Positions 28,097 to 42,454 of a stretch of 64,000 bases of DNA are shown here, piece by piece. Made by a program: the position numbers and the translations under genes. Position 1 is the stretch's first letter. Each line of letters opens with the position of its first letter. Source of the stretch: Octopus vulgaris (taxonomy: Eukaryota); contig OX597821.1 of the NCBI GenBank assembly GCA_951406725.2, positions 102,920,001 to 102,984,000 of the forward strand, read 5' to 3'. The notes below the pieces were generated by a model. The model was given only the letters and a program-made list of their open reading frames with translations. It was not told where the DNA came from and made no database searches.

Positions 28097-28354
28097 TTGC
28101 AAAGCGGCAAAGGGGCCGTTTTTGATTCATCACAATTAGGGAAGGCGTAATGACAGAGGAGTTTTTTGGCCGGCTCCCTACATAATGCCCTGTTTATGAT
28201 GACTCCTTTGTCGAATTCGTTCAATAGGTTGATGACAATCTCCTCGTGTAGTTGGGCAGGGTTCTGAAATGACGTATTGAAATATACCATGTGTGAGCCC
28301 AGGATATCTTTGCAAACTGAACCATTGTAAGGGGCGCAATATCCGTGATTTGAC
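28097..28354 (-). CDS. Nrk: Nrk/MuSK/ROR-family receptor tyrosine kinase, exon encoding N-terminal half of Frizzled-like cysteine-rich domain
   Basis: Acceptor ttcccacag|G and donor AA|gtaagt; 258 nt, phase 2-2. Translation SNHGYCAPYNGSVCKDILGSHMVYFN...CREPAKKLLCHYAFPNCDESKTAPLPLCK matches the Nrk/MuSK CRD pattern (GYCAPY, LLCxYAFPxC, PLPLC). Confidence 0.93.
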
Positions 28355-28874
28355 CTGTGGGAAGAAAAGAAATAAGGAATTGATTAGGGAAATTATGAGA
28401 AAAATAGGGTTGATGACATCAATAACTACAGGAGAGCGACCATGATGATGGTGATAATGACTCCCCGAGAAGTGGTGGAACATATATCACAAAGCACTCA
28501 AAGTTACTCACTAAGAATTCTACAGATTACAGACTTTCCAGTTCCTGGACAAGTGCTTTATCTAGATCCACATTCTCCTCACCCAACCTCAATAATATTA
28601 CAGCTGAGGACAAAAAAATAAATTCAACGGGAGCTGAACATAAAACGAAGCTATAAATACAACAGGTTTGTGAGACAGATCGGGCTTCACCATTATGCAC
28701 CCCCACACACATATATGTATATTCGTAGTCATTAAGATAAGGTGCTTCTTGTGGCTATGAGTTGTTTTAACTCTTATCTCTAGCAATACTCGTGCTCAAT
28801 AGTGCCCTCAGTCAATGTAGTGACGTATATGTATTTGCCTTTCGGTTGTAAGATTGTGAATAAGCTACCCTTAT

Positions 28875-28985
<111 letters not shown>

Positions 28986-29104
28986 GTGTGTGTAGCGTAT
29001 TTGTTTTTATATTCAGTTCTAAGAAAAACAATTTTACATTAATCCAATGGGAAACTCAGAGTAACAGGTTTTGTTGAATTTTCTGCTGCTTTAAATAAAG
29101 TATG

Positions 29105-29210
<106 letters not shown>

Positions 29211-29249
29211 TATATATATACATATATACACACATATATATATATACAC

Positions 29250-29305
<56 letters not shown>

Positions 29306-29307
<2 letters not shown>

Positions 29308-29560
29308 TATATTAAATTAGAGATAAAACCACTATTAGGCATTTATACTTTTATACTTTTATATTTTTAATTAATTTTATGTATTGGCTTATGTTTTTTA
29401 CTGTTTGATTTGCCTAATAGTGGTTTTATCTCTAATTTAATATAATATAATATAATATAATATAATATAATATAATATATTTATACTATAAAATTGGATT
29501 TAATCCTAAATCTAATTTTTCCCTGTAAGTTTGGATTTATTCCCTAATATTATTATTATA
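29306..29560 (+). mobile_element. (TA)n-embedded fold-back + tail element (family D)
   Basis: Arms attatattaaattagagataaaaccactattaggca / tgcctaatagtggttttatctctaatttaatataat; homologous to 30480-30818. Confidence 0.7.
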
Positions 29561-29572
29561 TATATATTTATT

Positions 29573-29686
<114 letters not shown>

Positions 29687-29696
29687 CACATATATG

Positions 29697-29727
<31 letters not shown>

Positions 29728-29829
29728 ATAAGGCAGCAGCGGAGGAAGTCAGCTTTGTCGATAAGTCTAAGCAGTTGCAGCGAGAAGGGAATGGGGAAAA
29801 AGCTGGGGGTTTCTTGCGTAGAAACTCAC

Positions 29830-29879
29830 AATGTTATAGAAGGAGATGAACAATGCAACGCGAAACTTAATAGCGCCAT
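29830..29879 (-). CDS. candidate short first coding exon (possible signal peptide) for the Nrk-like gene
   Basis: caaaATGG context with an in-frame stop upstream. [16 protein letters not shown]+TT|gtgagt is phase 2, compatible with the CRD exon. The hydrophobic core is short and there is no homology support. Confidence 0.25.
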
Positions 29880-29994
29880 TTTGGAAAACCACTTTGTCCA
29901 TCCAACATCCGTTCATGTAGTTTCTTTGGCATGTCCGTTCACTGGAATGACCAATGCTGTTGTTGGATATGAGTGGACAGTGAAAGGAAGAGAA

Positions 29995-30025
<31 letters not shown>

Positions 30026-30170
30026 AAGGAAAGCTAGACAGAAAAAGAGAGTGTTCATAATACAGCAAAATAAAGACGGAAAATGGATGTAGCGTTCTAA
30101 TTATGCAGCTTGTGAGTATGTCTGCATATGTATGTATATGTTTGTGTGTGTGTGTGTGTATGTGTGCATG

Positions 30171-30235
<65 letters not shown>

Positions 30236-30358
30236 AATCTATCTATCTATCTATCTGTCTGTCTGTCTGTCCTTCTGTCTGTCTGTCCGTCTGTTTGTCT
30301 GTCTATCAATCTATCTGTCTGTCTATCTATCTATCTATCTATCTATCTATATATATAA

Positions 30359-30453
<95 letters not shown>

Positions 30454-30479
30454 AATATATATACACACACACATATATA

Positions 30480-30807
30480 TATAATGAATATTAGGGAATA
30501 AATCCAGACTTACAGGGAAAAATCAGATTTAGGATTGAATCCAATTTTATAGTAAAATATTATATTATATTAAATTAGAGACAAAACCACTATTAGGCAA
30601 ATCATACAATAAAAAACTTAAGCCAATACATAAGATTATTTAATTTATATTATTTAAATATAACAAAATTATTAAAAATATATAATTAATATAACACTAT
30701 TTTTAATAATTTTGTTATATTTAAATAATATAAATTAAATAATCTTATGTATTGGCTTAAGTTGTTCATTGTATGATTTGCCTAATAGTGGTTTTGTCTC
30801 TAATTTA

Positions 30808-30818
<11 letters not shown>
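30480..30818 (-). mobile_element. (TA)n-embedded fold-back + tail element (family D)
   Basis: Near-perfect arms of ~120 bp (30558-30680 / 30697-30818) plus an ~80 bp tail. Confidence 0.75.
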
Positions 30819-30867
<49 letters not shown>

Positions 30868-30869
<2 letters not shown>

Positions 30870-31191
30870 GAGAAAGAAGCAACAAGAATGGATTAGTTTT
30901 TAGTACAATTGTTTCATACAAAGACAGGCTTTATTAAAAGTTGCAAATATTGCAGCAGATAAAAGATGAGTACGGGACACTTTTATCTGCTGCAATATTT
31001 GCAACTTTTAATAAAGCCTGTCTTTGTATGAAACAATTGTACTAAAAACTAATCCATTCTTGTTGCTTCTTTCTCGTTTATAATCACCCCACATTACTGT
31101 ATGGTTAACACCATATAGTTTTCTGGTGCATCTAAGTTAAGTACCGCATTCAAGTAAATTCATTAGAATTGACTTGAATCTTAATTGCTTT

Positions 31192-31247
<56 letters not shown>

Positions 31248-31572
31248 GAGAAAGAAGCAACAAGAATGGATTAGTTTTTAGTACAATTGTTTCATACAAA
31301 GACAGGCTTTATTAAAAGTTGCAAATATTGCAGCAGATAAAAGCTGATGAGTACGGGACACTTTTATCTGCTGCAATATTTGCAACTTTTAATAAAGCCT
31401 GTCTTTGTATGAAACAATTGTACTAAAAACTAATCCATTCTTGTTGCTTCTTTCTCGTTTATAATCACCCCACATTACTGTATGGTTAACACCATATAGT
31501 TTTCTGGTGCATCTAAGTTAAGTACCGCATTCAAGTAAATTCATTAGAATTGACTTGAATCTTAATTGCTTT

Positions 31573-31575
<3 letters not shown>
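30868..31575 (+). mobile_element. tandem pair of fold-back + tail elements with hammerhead (family E)
   Basis: Perfect 98-bp arms at 30868-30965 / 30980-31077. The unit repeats at 31243-31575, with CTGATGAG at 31344 and GAAACaattGTA at 31411. Confidence 0.8.
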
Positions 31576-31631
<56 letters not shown>

Positions 31632-31785
31632 CATACAAATAAAACTTCCTATCTACCTATCTACGTATACATATTAGCTGTGAAGATATGTATATATATA
31701 CGTGTGTGTGTGTGTGCGTGTGCGTGTGAGTTTGCGTGTATGTATGTGCGTGCGTGTGTGTGTGGATGATTCGAAGATTGGGTGA

Positions 31786-31818
<33 letters not shown>

Positions 31819-31904
31819 GCTGTCTCACTCTTCTATTATATATAGTTGTTAAGCTACACACACACACACAACACACACACACACTCACATATAGAAATAC
31901 ATAC

Positions 31905-32095
31905 TCTTTTACTCTTTTACTTGTTTCAGTCATTTGACTGCGGCCATGCTGGAGCACCGCCTTTAGTGGAGCAAATCAGCCCCGGGACTTATTCTTTGCA
32001 AGCCCAGGACTTATTCTATCGATCTCTTTTGCCGAACCGCTAAGTGACGGTGACGTAAACACACCAGCATCGGTTGTCAAGCAATGCTAGGGGGA

Positions 32096-32177
<82 letters not shown>

Positions 32178-32329
32178 CGACAGGCTTCTTTCAGTTTTCC
32201 GTCTACCAAATCGACTCACAAGGCATTGGTCGGCCCGGGGCTATAGCAGAAGACACTTACCCAAGATGCCACGCAGTGGGACTGAACCCGGAACCATGTG
32301 GTTGGTTAGCAAGCTACTTGCCACACACC

Positions 32330-32330
<1 letters not shown>
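31905..32330 (-). mobile_element. family-2 SINE
   Basis: Near-consensus copy. Confidence 0.85.
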
Positions 32331-32403
<73 letters not shown>

Positions 32404-32579
32404 TGGGGTATTTGTATCGATGGTGTTCTATTACGGTGCCAATGGTGGTAGATTTTGGAGCTAATGATGTTGGTAAACAATATCTTGATGGAATCGGCTC
32501 TAGAAGTGTTTGTACGGATAACTGGGAGAGCATACGTGTTTTTTGATGCGATGGGTTTATATATACATGTGATAAGATA

Positions 32580-33068
32580 TGCCTGTGTGTGAGTGTATGT
32601 GTGTGTGTGTGAGTGTGCTTGTATGTTTGTGTGAGTATGTGTGCGTGTATATGTGTGTGTGTACGTGTGTGTGTAAATGTGCGTGTATGTGTGTGCGTGC
32701 GAGTGCGTGCGTGTATGTTTGTGTGCGTGTGAATTTGCGTGTATGTTTGTGTGCGTGTGCATGTGTGTGTGTGTGTAAGTGTGTGTGTGTGTGTGTGTGT
32801 ATATGTGCGTATATGGGTGCGTGTGTGTGTGTATGTGTGTCCGTGTGAGTTTGCGTGTATGTTGTTGTGAGTGTGTGTGTGTGCGTGCGTGTGTGTGTGC
32901 GCGAGTGTGCGTGTGTGTGTGCGCGAGTGTGCGTGTGTGTGTGCTTCGTACGTGTGCGTGTGTGTGTGTTTGAGTTAGTGTGTGTGTGTGCGTATGTGTG
33001 CGTGTGTGTGCGCAAGTGTGCGTGTATGTGTGCTTCGTACGTGTGCGTGTGTGTGTGTTTGAGTGAGA

Positions 33069-33152
<84 letters not shown>
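32580..33152. repeat. degenerate (TG/CG)n tract
   Basis: Direct inspection. Confidence 0.9.
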
Positions 33153-33154
<2 letters not shown>

Positions 33155-33666
33155 ATGGTTCGAAGGTTGGGTGATTCCATGTTGAGTGGAATTTGAATAT
33201 CAAATTGCTGACCGCAGAATTCCAAGAATTTCAAACATTTTTTCTTTTCCTTTTTTTTTCTTTTTTGCGTTTTGCTTTTTATTCTATGAAACATCCTCTC
33301 TTTCTGTATTCCAGTCACAACAAATCACTTTATTACGGGGTGACGGGCAGTGGTGATGGTGGTGGTTGCCATGTTGATGTTGTGTTTGCGATTTAACCCA
33401 CGGTCGTCCTTCAACGAGCAGACATTTCCCCAGACTAAACAACTCCAGCGGTTAATATCCCTTATGTATGTATGTATGTATGTATGTATGTATGTATGTA
33501 TGTATGTATGTATGCATGCATGCATTCGTGTATGTGTGTGTATGTATGTATGTATGTATGTATATAAATGTTTGTATATATGTATGTTTGTATGTATGTA
33601 TGTATGTATGCATGTAAGTATGAATGTATGTATGTATGTATGTATGTATGTATGCATGTAAATATG

Positions 33667-33700
<34 letters not shown>

Positions 33701-34912
33701 TGTATGTATGTATGAATGCATGTTCCTATGTACAGGGAATCCACTGCGAAATTATTGTTTGTCTATTTGTCTATAGATACACACATACATATTTACATAC
33801 ATACGTACATACATACATACATACATACATACACACTTACATATATGCATACATACATAGATACCTACACACATGTATGTGTGTATGCATGCATATACGT
33901 GCGTACATACACATTATCACACACACACACACACACACATATAATGGAGCCCAAATTCTTCCAAATTATTCGATGCCCTTCCGTGAAAGGCAGTGAGCGA
34001 GCTGTGATTCGAAAGAGAGATTAGGTTGCTATTTCTAACAGGCTGAGCAACCACGAAAAACACACCCCAGTCCCCTCCGCTGCAGGAAGATCGACGTGCC
34101 AAGCATTCATGACATGTCATAACAAACCTTGAAGCATCAAACCCCCCATCCTTTACAGCAACAGACAACATCCCACAACACCTTGTCACACGCCTCTTTC
34201 AGGGGAAAAGCCAGCATTGCCATAGATACGGCAGCACATAAGTAGCACCAGACTGCACTGCATCCCACCGCTCTTCCATACTTTGCTATCTACCACCTAC
34301 CTACTTACCTACCAACCTACCGTCTATCACTCTTTTTGAATAAATACCGTATCGGTTCTTAACATATTTACTATACTATGATGTCTTATTCTCTCTTTCG
34401 CTGTCTCTCTCTCTCCCCCATCCATATACATATATACCCACACGTATACAAACACTCACACACACACACACATGCTTGCAAATACACTCTCATTCTATTC
34501 ATTGCAAAGCAAGAGAGCTGTAGATATCCCACACCTCCTACGACATCGTCACCCGAAACCGATTCCACCATGTCCAGCCGCACCCTGCATCACAACCGAT
34601 TCGCGCACGTATACAAATAAGGAAATACATATACACATACACTAATATATATATATACACTAAATATATATACACATACACTAAAGAATATATATATTTT
34701 CTTTTATACGGTTCAGCGGTTCAGGCCTAAAGCTGTGGACATGCTTTTGATTTTGATTTTGATTTTTCCAGTTTCAGCTAATGAGCTGTGGCCATGCTGG
34801 GGCACCGCCATTTTGCTTGTGTATATATATAATAACAATATAATAACTAAATAAAACATATGCATATATACATACATATATGTACATACTTACATCTATA
34901 TGTATATATAAA

Positions 34913-34974
<62 letters not shown>

Positions 34975-35311
34975 TACAGGACACCACAAATAAACGTAGA
35001 ACATAACGAGAAACGAAAACATAAAATCAAACAAGGAAACGGACTCTTTTTAACAACGAAAAAACAGAGTACAGGACAAACAATACAAGGAAAATTCCCC
35101 TTCATCAGCTGTCCCTGGTTCGACTCAATGCGTGTTAAACATGAAAACACAAAGAAAAAACACAACAACGTGAGGACATGGAACAAATATAGTATTATTA
35201 TATATATATATAGTGAATCCAAACGGAGAAGAACAAAAGAAAAAAGTAATAACGCGAGAGACGTGGTACAGGTACTGTATTATCAGACGCTCAGGAAAGG
35301 AAGGGAAGAGA

Positions 35312-35346
35312 ATTTAACGTTTCGAGAAAGGCTCTTCTTCAGAAAT
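35312..35346 (-). ncRNA. minimal type I hammerhead ribozyme
   Basis: attt-CTGAAGA-a-gag-ccttt-ctc-GAAAC-GTT-aaat; stems I and II pair. Confidence 0.65.
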
Positions 35347-35414
35347 AGAAGAAAGTCCAAAGGAAATGAAGACGGAGGAAGAAAATCGCCAACGATACAC
35401 AGGTGGTTACATTT

Positions 35415-35485
<71 letters not shown>

Positions 35486-35582
35486 ATTCAAACATGAAAA
35501 CACAAAGAGAAAACACAACAACGCGAGGACGTGGAACAAATATAGTATTATTGGACGCTCAGGAAGGAAGGGAAGAAGGAGG

Positions 35583-35617
35583 GTTTTACGTTTCGAGCGG
35601 AGCTCTTCGTCAGAAAC
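35583..35617 (-). ncRNA. minimal type I hammerhead ribozyme
   Basis: gttt-CTGACGA-a-gag-ctccg-ctc-GAAAC-GTA-aaac; stem I covaries relative to the 35312 copy. Confidence 0.7.
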
Positions 35618-35785
35618 ATAGGAAAAGGAAAGATTCAGAGAAGGGAAGACGGGGGAGGGGGAAATCACCAACGGTACACACACCGGAGTAAACACATAAA
35701 TGTGAAACAAGGTGGGAAAAGAGTACTCAAATACCAGAGCTAGAGTAATATGCTTTATTTAAAAGCAGCAGAAATTCAACAAAAG

Positions 35786-35823
35786 CTATTACTCGAAGTT
35801 TCACGTTCCCGTTCGTCGGACAG
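35786..35823 (-). ncRNA. type I hammerhead ribozyme, U4C variant
   Basis: ctgt-CCGACGA-acg-ggaa-cgt-GAAAC-ttcga-GTA-atag; all three stems can form. Confidence 0.6.
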
Positions 35824-35832
35824 TTTTGTTAA

Positions 35833-35919
<87 letters not shown>

Positions 35920-36187
35920 GGTGTGTCTGTGTTTGTCCACCCAACATCGCTTGACAACCGATGCTAGTGAGTTTACGTCCCCATATCTTAGAGGTTCGGC
36001 ACAAGAGACCGATAGATTAAGTACTGGTCTTACTAGTCCTGGGATCGATTTGCTCCAGCGTGGCCGCATATGACTGAAACAAGTAAGTGAATAAAAGAGT
36101 GCTTGCTACCTTGGGAAAGTGTCTTCTACTATAGCACTACCACCACCACCACCACCACCACCACCACCACCATACCACCACCATACC

Positions 36188-36221
<34 letters not shown>

Positions 36222-36498
36222 TCATCACTGCCCCACGACGACTATCATCTTCTCGGTATCTGAACTCGGAGCTTTAAGAACGGGAAGAAATGCCGCTAAC
36301 CATGTTCTCCGATGCTCTAACGAATACGCCGAATTTAGAGACAAAGCGTTGGAATGGTCACGGTTGGAATGTCTCTGGTCAAAAGCAGATTGGAGCAAAG
36401 CTACTTTTGGACTTAACAAAAATGACAACCACAAAAACAAGAACGCCATTGAGCACATTGTACATTTAACACTCAACCCACCACCACCACAACCACCC

Positions 36499-36529
<31 letters not shown>

Positions 36530-38589
36530 CACCACCACCACCACCATCACCACCACTACTACTACTACTACTACTATTATACGAGAAGCAGTAGCAGAAG
36601 CCGTCAAGGACGACGACGTCGTCTCTATTCAACTTTCACCTTTCCTTCACCTTTTCGCGAATCGTCGAGTCCAATCAGCCAACAGCGTCGTCACCACCAC
36701 CGCCGCCGCCGCCGCCGCCGCTATCACCCAACATGGCTAATCCATCAATCAACACTCTTTTTCCTTCTCTTTTCTTCTTCTTCTTCTTCTTCTTCTTTTC
36801 CTTGCAAGCTTTCGTTTCAACGTCGGCCATCTTTTAACCTAATACTCCTACAGTCAGCCACCTCACCTCTCTCCTTCAGCCGCCACCATTTCTTCAGCCA
36901 ACGCCTGCCCCACAGCCATCGTTATCCTACAACTACCGCATTCCAACAGCTATCATATTCTGTTACCGCTACCGTATACTTCTCAAGCCTGTACCTTCCA
37001 GCTGTCACAATCTTCTTACAATCAGCAGCGTTCTTCAGCCAATGTCCTCTTCCAATTATCACTCATCCTGCCATGTTCTTTATTTCACTCGCCACCCTTC
37101 TTTGGCCAGTGCGGTGCGTGGAGCGGCGAGGCTGAAAGGGCACTGGTGGCGTTGCGAATAACGGACAAAGCTTTCATGCAACTACTGAGCAGGACAACAA
37201 CGAGGGCATGTCTTTGTGGTCAGTAGACCAGCTAAAAATAACTGCCAAATCTACCTCAAATTACACTTTTCATAAGCTTAAAGTATAGGTAGGTGAAGGC
37301 GCGTGGCTTGATCGTAAGCAACAACACTATCAAGTCAAGCCAACGAGTGCATATCTATGTGGTCATTAGACCAGCTAAAAATAGCGGTCGAATTTACCTC
37401 AAATTACACTTTTTAAGGGCTTAAACAGCGGAAGCGCTTGGCTCAGGGGTTAGACTCACGATCGAAAGATTGTGGCTTCGATTCCTGGACCCGCGGATGC
37501 ATTGTGTTCTTGAGCGAAACACTTCATTTCGCGTTGCTCCGGTCCACTCAGTTGGCAAACATGAGTAATCCTGCGATGAACCAACGTCCTGTCCCGGTGA
37601 CGGATGGGAGTGTATATAGGAAGGAGCTTAATCCTCTTAAAATATAGGACATATTGGATAGTGTAATCCATGTTTTACAAAGTGGGAGAGAGAGAGAAAG
37701 AAAGAAAGAAAGAAAGAAAGAATGAAAGAGAGAGAGAGAGAGAAAATAACAGGCAGTCGTGGCTGGAACGCCGTTGGCTCATATTAGCTGCTGCCGGGAC
37801 GCGAAATTTTTTTCCCACGAGAGTTCCGGATTCCAGTTATGAACCCATTTGCATACAGTCAATCAGAGCTCAATTATCGAACTAGTGTCCACCTAGTCAC
37901 GAAAATACTCTGGTTGAGTTCAGTGGAAAAATGTGCGTTGCAGCAAAATCTAACCTGTTCTAAACGGGTTAATAGGGGTGGCAAATGTGAAATTTAGTGT
38001 ATAAAGTGAATGGAGAGCTGCTCATCGACGATGCTATAAGTGTTGTTAATTTGCATAATTTACTAGAAAATGTAAATGACTGTAGTTTCCTAATTATATA
38101 TATAAATGTTTGTATGTGTGCGTTTTGTGTGCGTATTTGTGTGTGTGTTTGCGATTGTTCTCCCTGCCAATGTTTGAGAATCGGTGATGGTTTGTTTACG
38201 TCCCAGCAAACTAGCATATGCTTGGTTGGCATAAGGTACCGATAGAGTAACTACCAGGCTTCAAAAATAACATATAAGTCCCGGGGTCGATTTGTTCAAC
38301 GGAGACCCTTCAAGGCGGTGCGGTAGCATGGCCGCAGTCCAATGACTGAAACAAGTAGCCTAAACCCTACCACCACCACCACCACAAGAACAACAACAGT
38401 AGTAGTAAGAGCGGCAGCAGCAGCAGCAGCAGCAGCAACCAGTGAAACACTACACCAACATTCCATGCATGGACACACAGACATGTGCGCCATCAACCGC
38501 AGCAAAGGGCCAGGAGCCTGCATTGAAAACCGCCATCGGAGATGCCACACTTCATTTCACATACCATTGGAAAACGCGTTCAGTTAACC

Positions 38590-39430
38590 ATTACCTCCCA
38601 CCACCAACACCACCACCACCAACACCAACACCACCACCACCACCACAACAACAACAACAAAACAACGACTGCAGGAGCAGCAACAGCAATAACAAACTCT
38701 GCCGCAGCCATGGTAACATCTAGACCGCTACTCCCCCACCACCACCACCATCACCATCACTAACTCACGACAACCATCATCAGTAGCAACACTACAACCG
38801 CCGCCACCACCACCACCACCATCACCACCACCACAACCATCATCATCATCACTGCTCCACGAAGGCCATCACCACCACCACCACCACCACCACCATCACT
38901 AACTCACGACAACCATTATCAGTAGCAACACTACCACCAACACCGCCCACCACCATCATCATCACTGCTCCACTACTACCCCCCCCCCCCACCACCACCA
39001 CCACCATCACCGCCATCATCACTGCTCCACGAAGGCCATCACCAACACCGCCACCACCAACGCCACCACCATCATCACATCATTGCCCCACGAAGGCTTT
39101 TGCCACCACCACCACCACCACCACCACCACCACCACCACCACCACTGTCATCGTAATCACTGCCCCACGACGGCCATCACCCCCCGACCACCATCATCAC
39201 CCCCGACCACCACCACTATTAGCACCATCATGACCATCACCACTACCCCTCACCACCACCTCGACCACCGCAACATTCACTACCACCACTACCGCCGCCA
39301 TCACAACTACGACCACCACTACGATGACGACGACGACGACGACGAATACGACCCCCACCATGGTCATTCCAATACTACTACACTTATTGCTACTGCTGCT
39401 GTTGCTGCTGCTGTTGCTGCTGCTGCTGTT
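38590..39430. repeat. (CAC/CAT)n-derived low-complexity tract with internal 40-60 bp duplications
   Basis: ccatcactaactcacgacaacc and cactgctccacgaaggccatc each recur. Confidence 0.85.
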
Positions 39431-39837
39431 GAAGGTGTGAATCATTCTGAAAGGGTTTTTGTTACTCTTATCGTTTTCTTTTGTGTTTTTTTTTCTCTCG
39501 CTTATTATTTATTTACTTATTCATAACAGAAGTCAACGGAGGCATAAAAGGGGAGTGGTGGTAATAGTGGTTGTAGGTAAGGTGGGTGCAAGTCCTTGTC
39601 CGTCTTACCGTCCTTTCCCCACCAGCGGCTAGACTGGGAGTGATAGTACGAGTGTGTAAGAGGGACAGAGGGAGAGAGAGAGAGAGAGAGTGAGGAGAGG
39701 GAGGGACGAAGTAGAGGGTAATAGGTGAGGGCTTGTGTGTTTTACCGTCCTTTATCCACAATACTTCGTTGTTGCCAGAAGTCATCAACCACTGGCTAGA
39801 CTGAGAGAGAGAGAGAGAGAGGGAGACTGACAGACAG

Positions 39838-39906
<69 letters not shown>

Positions 39907-40065
39907 CACACACACACACACAGATAGAAAGAGAGAGGAGATAGAACGGGAGAGGGAGCAAAGGATGAGTCGAATGCGTTCATATTTCTGCGGAATTATG
40001 ACGGTCTGTCTATGTGTGTGTGGGTGTATATAAGGGTATGTGTGTGTATGAGATAGAGAGAGGGA

Positions 40066-40103
<38 letters not shown>

Positions 40104-40208
40104 GAGAGGAAGAGCATGAAAACGGGGATGTAGAATGCATATGTATATAGCGATTGCATACATGCATTCATACATACCTCTATATATTCATAAATATATA
40201 CATATCTC

Positions 40209-40255
<47 letters not shown>

Positions 40256-40304
40256 GTATGTGCATGTCTGTGTGAGTGTAAATGCATTCATACATATATG
40301 TATA

Positions 40305-40791
40305 CTCTTACTCTTTTACTTGTTTCAATCATTTGACTGCGGCCATGCTGGAGCACCACCTTTAGTCGAGCAAATCGAACCCGGGACTTATTCTTTGTAA
40401 GCCTAGTACTTATTCTATCGGTTTAATTTGCCGAACCGCTAGTTGACGGGGACGTAAACGCACCAGCATTTGGTTGTCAAGCGATTTTTACGGGGTTAAA
40501 CACAGACACACAAACACACACACACGCATATGTACACACACATATATATATACGATGGACTTCTTTCAGTTTCCGTCACTCACAAGGCTTTGGTCAGCCC
40601 AAGGTGCCACGCAGTGGGACTGACCGCAGAACCATGTGGTACAGGAATGGCTAGGTAGTTAGTAGCTTGCTTACCTACCACATGGTTCTGGGTTCAGTCC
40701 CACTGCGTGGCACCTTGGGCTGACCAAAGCCTTGTGAGTGACGGAAACTGAAAGAAGCCTATCGTATATATATCTATACATATGTGTGTGT

Positions 40792-40882
<91 letters not shown>

Positions 40883-41215
40883 CATATAGGCACAGGAGTG
40901 GCTATGTGGTAAGAAGTTGGCTTCCCAATTACATGATCCCGGGTTCTGTCCCAATGCGTGGCCCCTTCTGCATGTGTCTTCTACTATAGCCTCGAGCTGA
41001 CCAAAGCCTTGTGAGTGGATTTGGTAGACGGAAACTTAAAGAAGCCTCTGTTTGTCCCCCCCCTCATCATCACTTCGCAGCCGATGTTAGTGTGTTTACA
41101 TCCCCATAACTTAGCTGTTAGTAAGTACTAGGCTTACAAAGAATAAGTACGGGGGTCGATTTGCTCGACTAAAAGTGATCCAGCATGGCCGCAGTCTAAT
41201 GACTGATACAAGTAT
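40305..41215. mobile_element. family-2 SINE cluster with head-to-head inverted pair
   Basis: 40305-40640 (-), 40645-40766 (+), 40890-41215 (+). Confidence 0.8.
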
Positions 41216-41887
41216 AAGAATATACACATGCAAACACACACGTACACATATATATACACACGTATATGCGTAGCCGTATCTCGTCTGCCATTATGTCCTG
41301 AGTTCAAATTTCGCCGAGGTCGACTTTGCCTTTCATCCTTTCGGGGTCGATAAATAAAGTACCAGTTTTGCACTGGGGTCGATGTAATCGACTTAATCCG
41401 TTTGTCTGTCCTTGTTTGTCCCCTCTGTGTTTAGCCCCTTGTGGGCAGTAAAGAAATATATATATACACACGTGTGTGTATTTATGTATAAGTATATGTG
41501 TTTATACATACGTGTATATGTGTGTATATGTGCGCATATTAATAGCATGTACATACTTTGTGGTTGTGTATTCACGTGTATTTGCAGAAGTAGTAGCAGT
41601 CGCAGTAGCAGCAGCAGCTCCCCACCGCCCCACCCCCCAGCAACCGGAGTGGTTGCGGTGAGCTGGCGAATGGAAGGGCCTAACGGGGGAGGGGTTGGGG
41701 GCTGGAAATATGATCTGGGAGGAGACAAAGAACAACATTTGACCGCTTCCTCGCCGGTTCCTATGTTATTCTTGGTGCACGCAGCCAGTACAGTCAACGC
41801 ATACCGACATATTGAGGAAAAAGGGACGGTCAGAAAATAGTGTTCGTACACACGTGCACACTCGCGTCAGTGCACACGCATGCAGAT

Positions 41888-41922
<35 letters not shown>

Positions 41923-42378
41923 TACAAACATGCATACAGACATACATATATATATGGATATACATGCATATATATATATATATACCCATAGATACATATA
42001 TGTATGTATATATGCATATATACATATATATATATGTATATGTATATACATATATATAGGTATATATGTATATATATATATACATATATATATATACACA
42101 GACACAAATACATATATATATGTATACATACATTCATATATATACATATATAGGTATATACATGCATGCATACATACACACACACATATATATACATATG
42201 TTGCCATTCATTTTACATAGATGTATTTACATATACACACACATATGTGTGTCTGTATGAGTATATACATATATATATATATATGTGCATATATATATGT
42301 ATATATATACATATATATCTGTATATATATATATGTAATATATATATATATGTGTGTGTGTGTGTGTATATGTATGTA

Positions 42379-42454
<76 letters not shown>

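Larger units (their letters stand above)
34970..35830 (-). mobile_element. cluster of (TA)n-associated hammerhead-bearing elements (families F, B, B, B, A)
   Basis: Repeated aacgcgaggacgtggaacaaatatagt-like units; hammerhead motifs at 35312-35346, 35583-35617 and 35786-35823. Confidence 0.75.

Noticed and set aside
28512-28603. Good-looking acceptor (tttgtcctcag) and donor (gtgagt) just upstream of the CRD exon
   Set aside because: Stops occur in all frames for the full exon; a 21-nt micro-exon version has no support.
34912-35691. 259-aa ORF / CRISPR-like repeat-spacer appearance
   Set aside because: Low-complexity read-through of repeated elements. There are no constant short repeats with unique spacers, and the context is eukaryotic.
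41676-41701. Potential G-quadruplex
   Set aside because: A single motif with no functional context.
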